Assembly: GCA_964428555.1 (NCBI GenBank)
Contig: CAYRYS010000003.1
Coordinates: 95 to 64,094 of the forward strand
DNA: 64,000 nucleotides
From: an uncultured Spirochaetales bacterium
GTDB taxonomy: Bacteria > Spirochaetota > Spirochaetia > CAYRYS01
Reading direction: 5' to 3'
The translations under genes and the position numbers were made by a program. Shown piece by piece: positions 1 through 10,420 of the stretch. Every line of letters starts with the position of its first letter. The stretch's first letter is position 1. The notes below the pieces were generated by a model, which had not been told where the DNA came from, made no database searches, and saw only the letters and a program-made list of their open reading frames with translations.

Positions 1-191
1 AAGTGGTCAGGTCATATTTTTTTAATTTTCAATGTAAAAAATCTCGTGCAAATTACACCGCATTTGTAAAATACACATGGAGTTTACAGGGTAAATGAAG
101 CGTACACCTTCCATAAAATACCTGCAGGAAAGAAAAATGAACGCAATTATAAAAAGATGAACTGAAAATTCAAATTGATTTGTATGGTAAA

Positions 192-220
192 TTGATGTTT
201 CTCAGTAGAAAGGGTATATT
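192..220 (+). promoter_or_regulatory. Putative sigma-70 promoter: TTGATG (192-197), 17-nt spacer, TATATT (215-220), about 20 nt upstream of the first CDS
   Basis: Read directly from the sequence. Spacing is near consensus. AGGAAAAG lies before the ATG at 240. Confidence 0.35.
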
Positions 221-239
221 ACACTTGTAGGAAAAGCTA

Positions 240-680
240 ATGAATCAGATATTTTACAAACAAGGGCTCCGCTTTACTTGTCAACAATGCTCGCAATGCT
301 GCAGGCACGATCCTGGCCACGTTTTCCTCTCAGAAAACGATGTACTCGCATTAATGGAACACCTGGAATTGGAACTCAAGGAATTTCTTAATTCATATTG
401 CAGAGTAGTAGATTTGAGCGGGATAAAGCGACTGAGCCTTATTGAAAAAGATAACTATGACTGCATTTTCTGGGAAGATGGAGGATGCATTGTATATTCA
501 GCCAGACCGCTCCAGTGCAGAAGCTATCCGTTTTGGCATGGAAACCTATATTCCAAGCAGGCATGGGAGCAGCTTTCCCGTTCTTGCCCTGGTGTGAATA
601 CCGGGTATAATCATTCAGAGCAGGAAATTAACGCCTGGCTGAATAAACGCCGGGGTGAACCATTGATAGATGTTGACTGA
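240..680 (+). CDS. YkgJ/UPF0153-family cysteine-cluster (CxxCxxCC) putative Fe-S or zinc-chelating protein
   Basis: N-terminal TCQQCSQCC (C-x2-C-x2-CC) plus a second Cys cluster CIFWEDGGC...QCRSYPFW, typical of the CxxCxxCC family. 146 aa. Confidence 0.6.
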   Translation: MNQIFYKQGLRFTCQQCSQCCRHDPGHVFLSENDVLALMEHLELELKEFLNSYCRVVDLSGIKRLSLIEKDNYDCIFWEDGGCIVYSARPLQCRSYPFWHGNLYSKQAWEQLSRSCPGVNTGYNHSEQEINAWLNKRRGEPLIDVD

Positions 681-699
681 ATAATAAGGGAGTTTGCTA

Positions 700-1641
700 A
701 TGAATGTAAGATTCTGGGGAGTTAGAGGGTCAATTCCAACACCGTTAACACCTGAGAGATTAAAACGCAAAATCGCAGCAGTTGTTCAGAGGATACGGCC
801 TGGAGATCTTGAATCACCCGAATCCCGCGAAATATTCATGAGCAAACTCCCAAACTATATATTCGGTACAATTGGTGGCAATACTCCGTGTATCGAGGTC
901 TCTCTAAGCGATGGGTCTGAGATAATCTTTGACGGAGGTTCTGGACTCAGGGAATTGGGTGCATACCATAAGCAGCTGAAGCAGCCGGTAAAAGAGTATC
1001 ATATTTTCTTCTCTCATTTTCACTGGGACCATATCCAGGGGATACCGTTTTTTGCTCCAGCATATGATCCAAGTGTAAAAATAACATTCTACAGCCCAGT
1101 GGACGACTTTGAGCTGTATATCCGGTCACAAATGAAGCTTCCCTATTTTCCTGTAAGCATGAAGGTAATGTACGCGGATATTAAGTTTGTACAGCTTACC
1201 AAACAGCCGATGAATATTGGTGCAGGCCAGGTCTATTGGAAAGGGGTGAATCATCCTGGAGGGTGTTTTTCTTACAAAGTAGCAGAACAGCACAGCAGCA
1301 TGATCTATTCAACAGATACGGAGCTGAATGAGGAAGATTTCAACAAGACAAAGGAAAATATATCATTTTACAGAGATGTTGATGCAATGATTTTAGATTC
1401 GCAGTATACACTTGGAGAGGCAATCGAAAAGTTTAATTGGGGACATACCTCCTACAGTATGGCTGTGGACTTTGCTGCTGAGTGGGGAATACGGAACCTG
1501 TATCTTTTTCATCATGAGCCATTGTACGATGATCAGAAAATTGAAAAAATACTGCAAAGTGCAGGTTGGTATTTAGAGCATATTGACCAGACAATTGTAA
1601 ATATCCGGCTTGCTGTAGAAGGAGAAGAATTTCAGGTTTAG
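700..1641 (+). CDS. MBL-fold metallo-hydrolase (metallo-beta-lactamase superfamily)
   Basis: HFHWDH (HxHxDH) zinc-binding motif. The ORF track begins at a TTG at 694, but the ATG at 700 has a better-spaced GGGAG RBS at 686-690. Confidence 0.65.
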   Translation: MNVRFWGVRGSIPTPLTPERLKRKIAAVVQRIRPGDLESPESREIFMSKLPNYIFGTIGGNTPCIEVSLSDGSEIIFDGGSGLRELGAYHKQLKQPVKEYHIFFSHFHWDHIQGIPFFAPAYDPSVKITFYSPVDDFELYIRSQMKLPYFPVSMKVMYADIKFVQLTKQPMNIGAGQVYWKGVNHPGGCFSYKVAEQHSSMIYSTDTELNEEDFNKTKENISFYRDVDAMILDSQYTLGEAIEKFNWGHTSYSMAVDFAAEWGIRNLYLFHHEPLYDDQKIEKILQSAGWYLEHIDQTIVNIRLAVEGEEFQV

Positions 1642-1644
1642 TCT

Positions 1645-1812
1645 ATGGACGATTTTAATCTTACAACAAACGAATTAAAAAATTTATATAGATTTCTGAA
1701 AGCCAATGAGCTTGGACTTAATAATTCGATGTATCCGTTGCTTGTACGCCTTGAGCGGTACTTGTATGCTTTGCTGTCAATTGAAGAAATAGAAAATCTT
1801 AAACAAAACTGA
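1645..1812 (+). CDS. Small 55-aa hypothetical protein (MDDFNLTTNELKNLYRFLKANELGLNNSMYPLLVRLERYLYALLSIEEIENLKQN), below the ORF-track size cut-off
   Basis: The ATG lies 4 nt after the upstream stop (TAG 1639-1641). The ORF ends 11 nt before the next ATG, and AAGGGG follows its stop. It fills the whole intergenic gap with no internal stop. It is predicted helical. Confidence 0.35.
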   Translation: MDDFNLTTNELKNLYRFLKANELGLNNSMYPLLVRLERYLYALLSIEEIENLKQN

Positions 1813-1823
1813 AGGGGTTTCGA

Positions 1824-4800
1824 ATGAAACGGATTTTATTCTTTATGCTTCTTTTTGCTTACTTTATCTCAATGGGGTTTTCCCAGTATTTGCCGCCGGA
1901 CGGTACAAACGAGTTGCTGGAAGTAACCTCGCCGCACATTCTTTCGGCTGGGGAGCATGTGACTTCTTCCTATCCTCCTATGACAGATATAATTAATCCG
2001 TCTTCTTCAGCACTTATCCAGAGAACTATACTAGACTTAAGCTTCATCGGAATTGCAGGACTTGCTGATAATCCGGGGTATCACGGATCGGTTGTAAATA
2101 TGGGGCTGTCTATACCCACTCCTGCAGGAGTTTTTTCAGGAAGCGGCCATTTTCTTACTGCTTCACCGGATGGTTTCGGTTTGGGAACCCTCGGGGGTGT
2201 TCATGCATCATTTTCAAAAGATTTATTTCCAAGTTTTCTAGTAGGCGCAGGTACAAATGTATTCTTCGGATACAATACAAGCTTTGATTGGCGCTGGGAC
2301 CTTGATCTTGGTTTTACCCATATATTGGGTGATATAGGATTCATGAAGGATTTTGTCTGGGCTGGCGCATTCCGCCATGCAGGTAAATGGTTTGATCCTG
2401 TGGAATCCAGAAGTGCTTATCCTGCTGCATTTACACCTGCTGTGGGTGCTGCGTTTTCACCGCTGCTGACAGATGATTTCGAGCTTAGATTTTCTAGTGA
2501 CCTGGTATTTCCTTCATTCCAGGATGTAGGCCTTACATACGGTATGGAGTTTTCTTTTCAGGACTTTGTCGGGTTCCGTCTCGGCGGAGGTATAACGCTT
2601 CAGGAACTGTTAAACAGCAGCCTTACTCCAAGATCTGTTCCTTTGTCAGGCGGGATATTTGTAAACATTACTACTAATTTTTCTGAAGATGTAGAGTTTT
2701 TAAGAATATCTGAACGCGGATGGAATAGAAGTGAAGTTAGAAGCCACATAACAGCAGCACCGCTGAGAAATGGCTTATGGGCTTTCGGCGCTGGACTGAA
2801 TATTCCCCTTGGTGTTCTTGATTCACAGCCACCGCAGATTACTCAGGAGATACAAAGCGAATTTATCTCTCCCAACAATGACGGCTCCTTAGACACATTA
2901 GTTATACCTATAGATATCCGGGACCAGCGGTATATCCGCGGATATACATTGTATATATATAACAGCGAAGGAGCCGTGGTGCGGGAAATTGAGAATAAGG
3001 ATGAACGGCCGGAGAACCTGAATTTCCGCAATATTATTGACAGGTTCCTTTATGTGAAAACCGGTCTATCGGTACCTGACCAGCTGCGTTGGGACGGTAT
3101 TGGCGGTGACGGGCAGGTTGTCTCTGACGGTAACTACACCTATGTTCTTGAAGCGTGGGACGATAATGGAAATGTGCAGCGCACAGATCCGGTAGAATTT
3201 ACCGTAGACAGCACAGCTCCTCAAATTACGGTTGAACAGCCGCAAGCCCTGGACCTCATCATTTCTCCCAATGGCGATGGAAATAAAGACACCCTTGTTC
3301 TGGAGCAGGATGGTTCAGTAGAACAGAGTTGGCAGGCAGTTATTTCCAATGTTGATGGCGAACCTGTCCGCACCTTCGAATTTGAAGAAGCGTCTCCAAG
3401 TCAGATTGTTTGGGACGGAACTGATGACTCCGGAGTTTTGGTGCCTGACGGTGTGTATCAATACCGGATAACCAGTACAGATAGAGCACTGAATTCAAAT
3501 GCTGCTGTTGTAGAAAATATTATTATTAATACGCAATCAACACCGGTAACTGTAACAATTGACAGAGCGCATTTTTCACCGAACGGAGATTCTGTTCAGG
3601 ATACTGTTGAATACACACTGAACATTCCAGTGCGTACCGGAATAACAAGCTGGCAGCTGGTTATTGAAGATAGTGACCAGAGAGCTGTTCGTTCATATGA
3701 AAGTACAAGCGAGCCTCCGGAAACGATCGTGTTTGACGGCAGGGACGATGATGGCGATTTGCTCCCTGAAGGGCGATACAGAGCTGAGCTTTCGGTTTTC
3801 TACCAAAACGGGAATTCACCGGTTGAAAACTCTGCATACAGTACGCTTGATATTACAGATCCTGAAGCGATGGTAACTGCGAATCTAGAAGTATTCAGTC
3901 CAAACGGCGATGGGAATAATGACACAATATCCTTTTTCCAGGAGACTTCCAGAGAAGAAGAATGGCGTGGGGAAATTTCCAATGACGAAGGTGAGACTGT
4001 ACGGACGTATGAATGGATGAACAGGCCGGACATGCGGATTGTTTGGAATGGTAGAGACTCGGACGGGCTTCTTATGCCTGACGGAGAGTATAGTTTTTAT
4101 CTTATCTCTACTGACAGAGCCGGAAATACAGGGAGTTCTCAGCCGGTAAGATTTACCCTCACAACAGAAGAAACCGAGGTATTCTTATCAACAGGCAGTA
4201 GGGCATTTTCTCCAAATGGTGATGGAGTAAATGACAGACTGAATATTGTTCCTCAGATCCGCACCGAGCTTGATATAGTGCGTTACAATATGAGTGTTTT
4301 TTCTCAAGAAGGAGAGCTGGTCCGTGAATACACAGGCAGGTCCGCTCCTCCTGAGCAAATTGTATGGGATGGTCTGACAGGGGGTGGCCAGCTAGTAGGT
4401 AATGGGACCTATTACAGTACCATAGAAATTGAAGATATCGGCGGAGCGGTTAAGACAGCGAGAAGCGAAGAATTTATTGTGGACATAACAGTTCCGAGAA
4501 TTACTGCTTCAGCGAATTACCGGCTCTTCTCTCCGGACGGCGACGGGTTTAAGGATGCTATTCGGATTACCCAAGAATCCAGCAGTGAAAACCGGTGGAA
4601 TGCCCGGATAGAGGATTCAGAAGGAGAAACAGTACATCAGATGGTATGGGAAGGTAATGCTCCTTCTTTTACTTGGGATGGTACTGATGCTGAAGGTAAC
4701 CTTTTGCCCAATGGCAGCTACACATATACGATATCCACAACAGATATTGCTGGGAATAGTGCAGAAGCACAGATTGAGAATATCCGCATTGATATACGGC

Positions 4801-5855
4801 CGACAACCATATTCATTACAGTAGATAAAGACGGCTTTTCCCCCAATGGCGATGAGTATCTGGATACAATGGAGATTAGTACCATGCTGAACCTCCAAGA
4901 AGGGATAGAGAGTTGGTCGTTAGAAATCCTCTCTGAGGCTGATGATGAGGTCATACGTACATGGACCGGAGAAAACAGTGTACCCCCTGAAACAATTACA
5001 TGGGACGGATTAAGCGATGAAGGTTCCTATGAACAAGGGATGATGTATGCTCAGCTGAGTGTGGTGTATCTTAAAGGGAACCGACCGCAGGAACACACCC
5101 AGCCATTTTTGCTTGACATTTCAGAGCCGGATGTTGATCTTTCTATAACACCAAAGCCGTTCTCTCCTGATAATGACGGAGTGGATGATGAACTGACAAT
5201 AAGCATAGATGTAGATGATCTTTCACAAATCTCTGAATGGGAGCTGGTTATTATTGACCCATATGGAGAAGAATTTACAAGGTATGAAGGCGGTTCTGCG
5301 CCTGCACAGGAGATCATCTGGGACGGACGGTCTGCAACCGGCGAATTGGTAGAAACTGCACGGGATTATGAGATGTATTTCGAAATAACCGATGCTCTTG
5401 GCAATACCGCGAGAATCGAAGATGATATTCCTGTCGATATTCTTGTAGTTCGCGACGGTGATAGGTTGAGAATTGCGATAACAAATATTACATTTGATGG
5501 AGGTGTGTCGTCATTGAATAGCAGTGATCCTGAGGATATGGCCACAAATGAACGCGTACTTGCGCGGCTGGCTGAGATCCTGAACAGATACAGCAGGTAT
5601 CAGATTCGGATTGAAGGACATGCCAGAAGAATTAATAATGACGATCCGGCTGCAATAGAACAGGAAGAGGAAAATATTCTTGCTCCGCTTTCCCTTGCGC
5701 GGGCGGAAACAGTACGGCAATATCTTATTGAACTGGGAGTTGATCCAAACCGGCTTACTGCTGTTGGACGCGGGGGACGGGATCCCTTGCATCCTCATAC
5801 AGATCCGGAAAATGCTTGGAGAAACCGAAGAGTAGAATTTATATTGGTACGGTAA
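1824..5855 (+). CDS. Giant envelope protein, 1343 aa: signal peptide, ~310-aa Gly/aromatic-rich beta-barrel-like N-domain, eight tandem FlgD-Ig-like domains, C-terminal OmpA peptidoglycan-binding domain
   Basis: Signal peptide MKRILFFMLLFAYFISMGFSQ. Eight repeats carry FSPNGDGxNDT and WDGxDxxGxxVPDGxYxY...TDxAGN (FlgD Ig-like signature). The C-terminus has RIEGHA...APLSLARAETVRQYL...GVDPNRLTAVGRG...NRRVEFILV, an OmpA-family signature. Confidence 0.8.
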   Translation: MKRILFFMLLFAYFISMGFSQYLPPDGTNELLEVTSPHILSAGEHVTSSYPPMTDIINPSSSALIQRTILDLSFIGIAGLADNPGYHGSVVNMGLSIPTPAGVFSGSGHFLTASPDGFGLGTLGGVHASFSKDLFPSFLVGAGTNVFFGYNTSFDWRWDLDLGFTHILGDIGFMKDFVWAGAFRHAGKWFDPVESRSAYPAAFTPAVGAAFSPLLTDDFELRFSSDLVFPSFQDVGLTYGMEFSFQDFVGFRLGGGITLQELLNSSLTPRSVPLSGGIFVNITTNFSEDVEFLRISERGWNRSEVRSHITAAPLRNGLWAFGAGLNIPLGVLDSQPPQITQEIQSEFISPNNDGSLDTLVIPIDIRDQRYIRGYTLYIYNSEGAVVREIENKDERPENLNFRNIIDRFLYVKTGLSVPDQLRWDGIGGDGQVVSDGNYTYVLEAWDDNGNVQRTDPVEFTVDSTAPQITVEQPQALDLIISPNGDGNKDTLVLEQDGSVEQSWQAVISNVDGEPVRTFEFEEASPSQIVWDGTDDSGVLVPDGVYQYRITSTDRALNSNAAVVENIIINTQSTPVTVTIDRAHFSPNGDSVQDTVEYTLNIPVRTGITSWQLVIEDSDQRAVRSYESTSEPPETIVFDGRDDDGDLLPEGRYRAELSVFYQNGNSPVENSAYSTLDITDPEAMVTANLEVFSPNGDGNNDTISFFQETSREEEWRGEISNDEGETVRTYEWMNRPDMRIVWNGRDSDGLLMPDGEYSFYLISTDRAGNTGSSQPVRFTLTTEETEVFLSTGSRAFSPNGDGVNDRLNIVPQIRTELDIVRYNMSVFSQEGELVREYTGRSAPPEQIVWDGLTGGGQLVGNGTYYSTIEIEDIGGAVKTARSEEFIVDITVPRITASANYRLFSPDGDGFKDAIRITQESSSENRWNARIEDSEGETVHQMVWEGNAPSFTWDGTDAEGNLLPNGSYTYTISTTDIAGNSAEAQIENIRIDIRPTTIFITVDKDGFSPNGDEYLDTMEISTMLNLQEGIESWSLEILSEADDEVIRTWTGENSVPPETITWDGLSDEGSYEQGMMYAQLSVVYLKGNRPQEHTQPFLLDISEPDVDLSITPKPFSPDNDGVDDELTISIDVDDLSQISEWELVIIDPYGEEFTRYEGGSAPAQEIIWDGRSATGELVETARDYEMYFEITDALGNTARIEDDIPVDILVVRDGDRLRIAITNITFDGGVSSLNSSDPEDMATNERVLARLAEILNRYSRYQIRIEGHARRINNDDPAAIEQEEENILAPLSLARAETVRQYLIELGVDPNRLTAVGRGGRDPLHPHTDPENAWRNRRVEFILVR
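2840..5350 (+). repeat. Eight tandem ~100-aa (~300-nt) FlgD-Ig-like domain repeats inside the giant OmpA-family gene. They are diverged at nucleotide level.
   Basis: The motif xFSPN(G/N)DG recurs at roughly aa 349, 450, 555, 660, 765, 865, 975 and 1080, each followed by a WDG..D..G..V.DG.Y motif. Confidence 0.7.
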
Positions 5856-5862
5856 GGAAAAA

Positions 5863-6885
5863 ATGAAGAAGATAATTATTTTAGTAATCGCGGCAGTGAT
5901 AGTTGCAGCTGTCGCGATTGTAGGAACAGTTACAGTTTATAGCTTTTTAGAACCTACTGGTAATTTGCATTCACCCTTGATATTTGAAATTGAACAGGGC
6001 CAAGCCCTGAATACTATTGCCGCAAGGCTGGAATCAGAAGGTGCTATCCAGAGCAGCTTGGCCTTGCGTGTATATGCAAGGCTGAAAGGGACTTCTGCGG
6101 ATTTTAAGGTAGGTACATATAGGATACAGCCTGAAATGGGTCTTGTGGAAGTCCATGATCTGCTTATATCAGGTAGACAGATGCTGCTGCGAGTCACAAT
6201 CCCGGAAGGAAAGACCTTGTCAGAAATAGCACGGATTATGGATGAAGCAGGTATTGTGAGTGCTGAGGAATTTACTCAGGCTGCTATGAACCAGGGTATT
6301 CTTCAGGAATTTGACATTCCAGGCAGAACAGCAGAGGGATTTCTTTTTCCGGATACCTATTATTTTGCAGAGAATTATCCTGCCCTCGAAGTTGTCAGGC
6401 ATTTAATAGTAAGGTTTTTCGAGAATATGGAGGATATATACCCGGATTATGTGCTTCTGGATAGAAGCGAGTTGTATGATGCTGTAGTATTAGCCTCGAT
6501 TATTGAACGTGAATATGCATTTGCAGAAGAAGCTCCGATTATTGCCTCTGTTTTTCTTAATCGGCTCGAAAATAACCAAAAGCTTGAATCCTGTGCAACA
6601 GTTGAATATTTTATTACAGAGGTAGAGGGAGAACCGCGTCCGGAAAGGATTACTGATTATCATTACCTGCGGCAATCTGAGTATAACACCTATTTGAATC
6701 AGGGGCTGCCCCCGGCACCGATTGCAAGTCCGGGAAGTGTGGCTTTGGATGCAGTTTTTCATCCTGGAGAGACAGATTACCTGTATTTTGTTGTAGATCC
6801 GGATAATGAATCGCGGCATCATTTTTCAAGAACCTGGGAAGAGCATCAGAGAGCATCAAGGAGATATCTCAGAAGCAGGAGCTGA
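5863..6885 (+). CDS. mltG: Endolytic murein transglycosylase MltG (YceG family)
   Basis: N-terminal TM helix, FPDTYYF and LASIIEREY motifs typical of YceG/MltG, ~340 aa. Confidence 0.75.
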   Translation: MKKIIILVIAAVIVAAVAIVGTVTVYSFLEPTGNLHSPLIFEIEQGQALNTIAARLESEGAIQSSLALRVYARLKGTSADFKVGTYRIQPEMGLVEVHDLLISGRQMLLRVTIPEGKTLSEIARIMDEAGIVSAEEFTQAAMNQGILQEFDIPGRTAEGFLFPDTYYFAENYPALEVVRHLIVRFFENMEDIYPDYVLLDRSELYDAVVLASIIEREYAFAEEAPIIASVFLNRLENNQKLESCATVEYFITEVEGEPRPERITDYHYLRQSEYNTYLNQGLPPAPIASPGSVALDAVFHPGETDYLYFVVDPDNESRHHFSRTWEEHQRASRRYLRSRS

Positions 6886-6897
6886 TAAAAAAAATAC

Positions 6898-8667
6898 ATG
6901 AGGATTCCTGATAATAAAATCGCCGAAATATCTGAACGTACGGATATTATTGATATAGTGAGTAATTATGTAACTTTGAAGCGTTCAGGAAGCAGGTATA
7001 CTGGGCTCTGTCCTTTTCATGAGGAAAAGACCCCTTCTTTTTCCGTAACACCGGAACGGAATATGTATTATTGTTTTGGGTGTAAAAAAGGTGGGAGTGT
7101 TTTTAACTTTCTTATGGAAATGGAGGGGATAAACTTTCCCGAGGCAGTAAAGCGTTTAGCAGAGAAAGCCGGCGTTCCTTTGGAGCTTTCAGAACAGGAT
7201 TTCTCAGAGGTCAGTGAATCAAAATCAATACTTGACCTTCTGGGACGTGTCGCAAAAAGTTTTCATTATCTCCTTGTAAATGATAAAAGGGGAAATACAG
7301 CCAGGGAGTATTTGAAAAGCAGAGGAATACCTGAAGAGGTATGGGAAAAATATGATATTGGATATGCTCCTTCAGGGGGAAGCTGGTTATATCAGTTCTT
7401 GAAAAAAAAGAATTATTCAGATGAATTGCTAAGAAAAAGTGGACTTTTTTCATCGAAAAATCCGGGGCGTTCTCTTTTTCAGCATAGGCTTGTGTTTCCT
7501 ATCACTGATAAGCAGGGAAGGGTTATTGGCTTTGGGGGTAGACTCCTTGGCAAGCAGGGCCCGAAATATATAAATTCACCGGAATCCCCTGTATTTCAAA
7601 AGCGGCGGAACCTGTATGGATATAGGAATGCAGCTGATAGAATTCGTAGGACAGGACAGTGTTATATTACTGAAGGGTATTTTGATGTGATTGCGATGCA
7701 CATGGCTGGAATCGAAAATGTGTGTGCACCCTTAGGCACTGCATTAACAGAGGAGCAGATATTTATTATAAAGCGTTTAGCGGACAAGGTAATACTTGTG
7801 TTTGATGGAGATAAAGCAGGGCTTCACGCTGCTGAAAAATCTATTTATCTCTGTGAAAAATGCAGTATAGATTCAGAGGTTTGTATATTGCCGGAAAATA
7901 TGGACCCAATGGATATTCTGCAAAAAGAAGGTCCGAATGCGTTGAAAAAATATGTAAAATATTCTATAAATAGCTTTAAGTTTTTGGTAAATTCACTAAT
8001 AGAACGGTATAATTATAGAGAACCAGGGGGCAGACAGGCAATTTTACAATCAGTATTTCCATATATTGATATAGTTAATTCAGAGGTTAGGAAAGAGAGT
8101 TTTTTTCAGGAATTGGCAGATGCCCTTATGGTGGAACAGCGATCGATAATTCTGGATTACTATTCAAGGGGTAAGAAAAACAATACTCATGACTCAATAA
8201 ATAAAAGGGAAAAAGAGGAAAGAGCGGTTACTATGACTCCTGAGCTTTTTTTAATGACTGCGGTAACTGCAAATAAATCGCTTTTTTCTTTTGTAAGAAG
8301 TATTATTAACTCCGACGACCTTTCTGACGAAAATGCAATAGAGGTATATTGTGCGTTGGAGGAATGCTATAGAAACGAAGAAGAATCTATTGATTCTTTG
8401 TTTGCAAGAATGGATAACAAGTCTGTGGTAGAATTTATTCAGGGAAAAATGTCTTCAGAGGAATTCTCCCAAAATCCGGAAAAACTGGTAAAGGATTCAG
8501 TGAATAGACTGAAGGAAAAAAGCCTGAAAAAGAAACAGCAAGACCTTATTGCCAAGATCAAGAAGCTTGAAAAAAGCAATCAGGATAATGATGAATATAA
8601 GGACCTGGTGTTAGAAAAAATGTATTTGGATAATGAACTTAAAAAATTAGAGGGTAGGAAAGCATGA
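6898..8667 (+). CDS. dnaG: DNA primase DnaG
   Basis: CHC2 zinc finger [11 protein letters not shown]...CFGCKKGG, a Toprim region ([11 protein letters not shown]), and a C-terminal helicase-interaction region. It has a 4-nt ATGA overlap with rpoD. Confidence 0.9.
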   Translation: MRIPDNKIAEISERTDIIDIVSNYVTLKRSGSRYTGLCPFHEEKTPSFSVTPERNMYYCFGCKKGGSVFNFLMEMEGINFPEAVKRLAEKAGVPLELSEQDFSEVSESKSILDLLGRVAKSFHYLLVNDKRGNTAREYLKSRGIPEEVWEKYDIGYAPSGGSWLYQFLKKKNYSDELLRKSGLFSSKNPGRSLFQHRLVFPITDKQGRVIGFGGRLLGKQGPKYINSPESPVFQKRRNLYGYRNAADRIRRTGQCYITEGYFDVIAMHMAGIENVCAPLGTALTEEQIFIIKRLADKVILVFDGDKAGLHAAEKSIYLCEKCSIDSEVCILPENMDPMDILQKEGPNALKKYVKYSINSFKFLVNSLIERYNYREPGGRQAILQSVFPYIDIVNSEVRKESFFQELADALMVEQRSIILDYYSRGKKNNTHDSINKREKEERAVTMTPELFLMTAVTANKSLFSFVRSIINSDDLSDENAIEVYCALEECYRNEEESIDSLFARMDNKSVVEFIQGKMSSEEFSQNPEKLVKDSVNRLKEKSLKKKQQDLIAKIKKLEKSNQDNDEYKDLVLEKMYLDNELKKLEGRKA

Positions 8668-10409
8668 TTGATGTGCAGTATAATTCTGCAATTACAAAAC
8701 TACTAGAATATGCAAAAAAGAAGAAAGTCATTAATTATGATGAAATTAATGACTTTCTTCCAGAGGATATAACCAACACTGACAAGATCGAAGATGTCCT
8801 CGCCTTGCTTGAAAAAAACAATATTCAAGTAGAGGAAGAGGGTCTGGATCTTAATGACGAAGATGAAGAAGAAGAGCAGGAACAGAAAAAAAAGACTGAA
8901 AAAAAGAAAAAAGTAGTACAAAGTGAAAAAGATGGCGCAATTGATGACCCGATTCGCCTGTATCTACGTGAAATAGGAAAAGAGAACCTTCTTACAGCTG
9001 AACAGGAAGTAGAGCTTTCTAAGCAAATGGAAGAAGGAGAAAATATTATAAAAGCAATAATCCGAAACTCCGGTATTATTATTCCAGAATTCTATTCTCT
9101 TGCGCAGAAGGCTTTTTCGAAAAAAGATCCAAGGGAAATGGGGTTAACTAAAAAACAGATTTCTGAACATCTTGCTGAAAAGCGGAGATTGAACCACTTT
9201 TACAGGGATGCAATACGCGAGGTCATCCCAAGCATAAAGAATTACATTGAATTAAAGCAAAAGATTGTAGACACTGGTGGTGATGTTTTAACTGATGAAA
9301 AGCTTGCAAAAAGACGCAATGAGCTTCTAGTGGTAATGAAGGATATTGACATCCATCAGGAAGAAATACTCAGTTTTTCAGAAAAATTTACCAGTGCAAG
9401 CCGAAAAATCCGAAAAAACCAGAAGGAACAGGAAAAAATAGAAAAACGGCTTCGTGTTGGAAGCATGAGAGAGCTGAGAAGCCTAGGCAGAAAGCTTGCA
9501 ATGAGCGAAGAGTGCAGACGTATTGAAGAAGATCTTGCTCTTTCTGCTGACGAAATAAAAGAAAAGATCCGGCAAATCCAAATGAACGAGAAAAAGCTGC
9601 GTCAGCTGGAGATCGAATTTGAGCACTCTATAGAAGAAATTGTAGACATGACCGAGGAGATTGCCCGCGGTAGAGACCTTATGAAAAGCGCGAAGGACCG
9701 CCTAATTAAGGCAAACCTTCGTTTGGTTGTGAGTATTGCCAAAAAATATACGAACCGTGGACTTCATTTTTTTGATCTGGTACAAGAAGGCAATATCGGG
9801 CTTATAAAAGCGGTTGAAAAGTTTGAATATAGAAAAGGATATAAATTTTCTACCTATGCTACATGGTGGATACGGCAGGCAATTACCAGGTCAATTTCGG
9901 ACCAGGCAAGAACAATCCGTGTTCCAGTACATATGATCGAACAGATAAATAAGGTCGTACGCGAATCCAGGCAGCTCATGCAGGTATTAGGCCGCGAGCC
10001 CAGCGACGAAGAGATTGCAGAACGCCTTGGCTGGACAGTTGCTAGAGTAAAGGCAGTAAAAAATGTAGCAAGAGAACCAATATCTCTTGAAACACCTATC
10101 GGTGAAGAGGAAGACAGCCTGCTTGGTGACTTTATCGAAGATAAGGACGTGGAAAATCCTGCAAGTCAAACGGCTTTTAAATTACTCCAGGAACAGTTGA
10201 AAGATGTGTTGGAAACACTGCCGCCGCGTGAACAGGAAGTACTTAAAATGCGGTTTGGTTTAGAAGATGGCTATTCTCTGACCCTCGAAGAGGTCGGATT
10301 ATATTTTAATGTTACGCGAGAAAGAATTCGTCAGATAGAAGCAAAAGCCCTCAGAAGGCTGCGTCATCCTAAACGCAGTAGAAGGCTGAAAGATTATCTA
10401 GAACAGTAA
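8664..10409 (+). CDS. rpoD: RNA polymerase sigma factor RpoD (sigma-70)
   Basis: Region 2 [14 protein letters not shown]. Regions 3 and 4 are present ([18 protein letters not shown]). An acidic then lysine-rich insert follows region 1.1. Confidence 0.95.
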   Translation: MIDVQYNSAITKLLEYAKKKKVINYDEINDFLPEDITNTDKIEDVLALLEKNNIQVEEEGLDLNDEDEEEEQEQKKKTEKKKKVVQSEKDGAIDDPIRLYLREIGKENLLTAEQEVELSKQMEEGENIIKAIIRNSGIIIPEFYSLAQKAFSKKDPREMGLTKKQISEHLAEKRRLNHFYRDAIREVIPSIKNYIELKQKIVDTGGDVLTDEKLAKRRNELLVVMKDIDIHQEEILSFSEKFTSASRKIRKNQKEQEKIEKRLRVGSMRELRSLGRKLAMSEECRRIEEDLALSADEIKEKIRQIQMNEKKLRQLEIEFEHSIEEIVDMTEEIARGRDLMKSAKDRLIKANLRLVVSIAKKYTNRGLHFFDLVQEGNIGLIKAVEKFEYRKGYKFSTYATWWIRQAITRSISDQARTIRVPVHMIEQINKVVRESRQLMQVLGREPSDEEIAERLGWTVARVKAVKNVAREPISLETPIGEEEDSLLGDFIEDKDVENPASQTAFKLLQEQLKDVLETLPPREQEVLKMRFGLEDGYSLTLEEVGLYFNVTRERIRQIEAKALRRLRHPKRSRRLKDYLEQ

Positions 10410-10420
10410 GGGGTTATAAT

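Noticed and set aside
8820-8940. Acidic/lysine-rich insert in the RpoD N-terminus as a foreign insertion
   Set aside because: Variable low-complexity spacers between regions 1.1 and 1.2 are normal for primary sigma factors.
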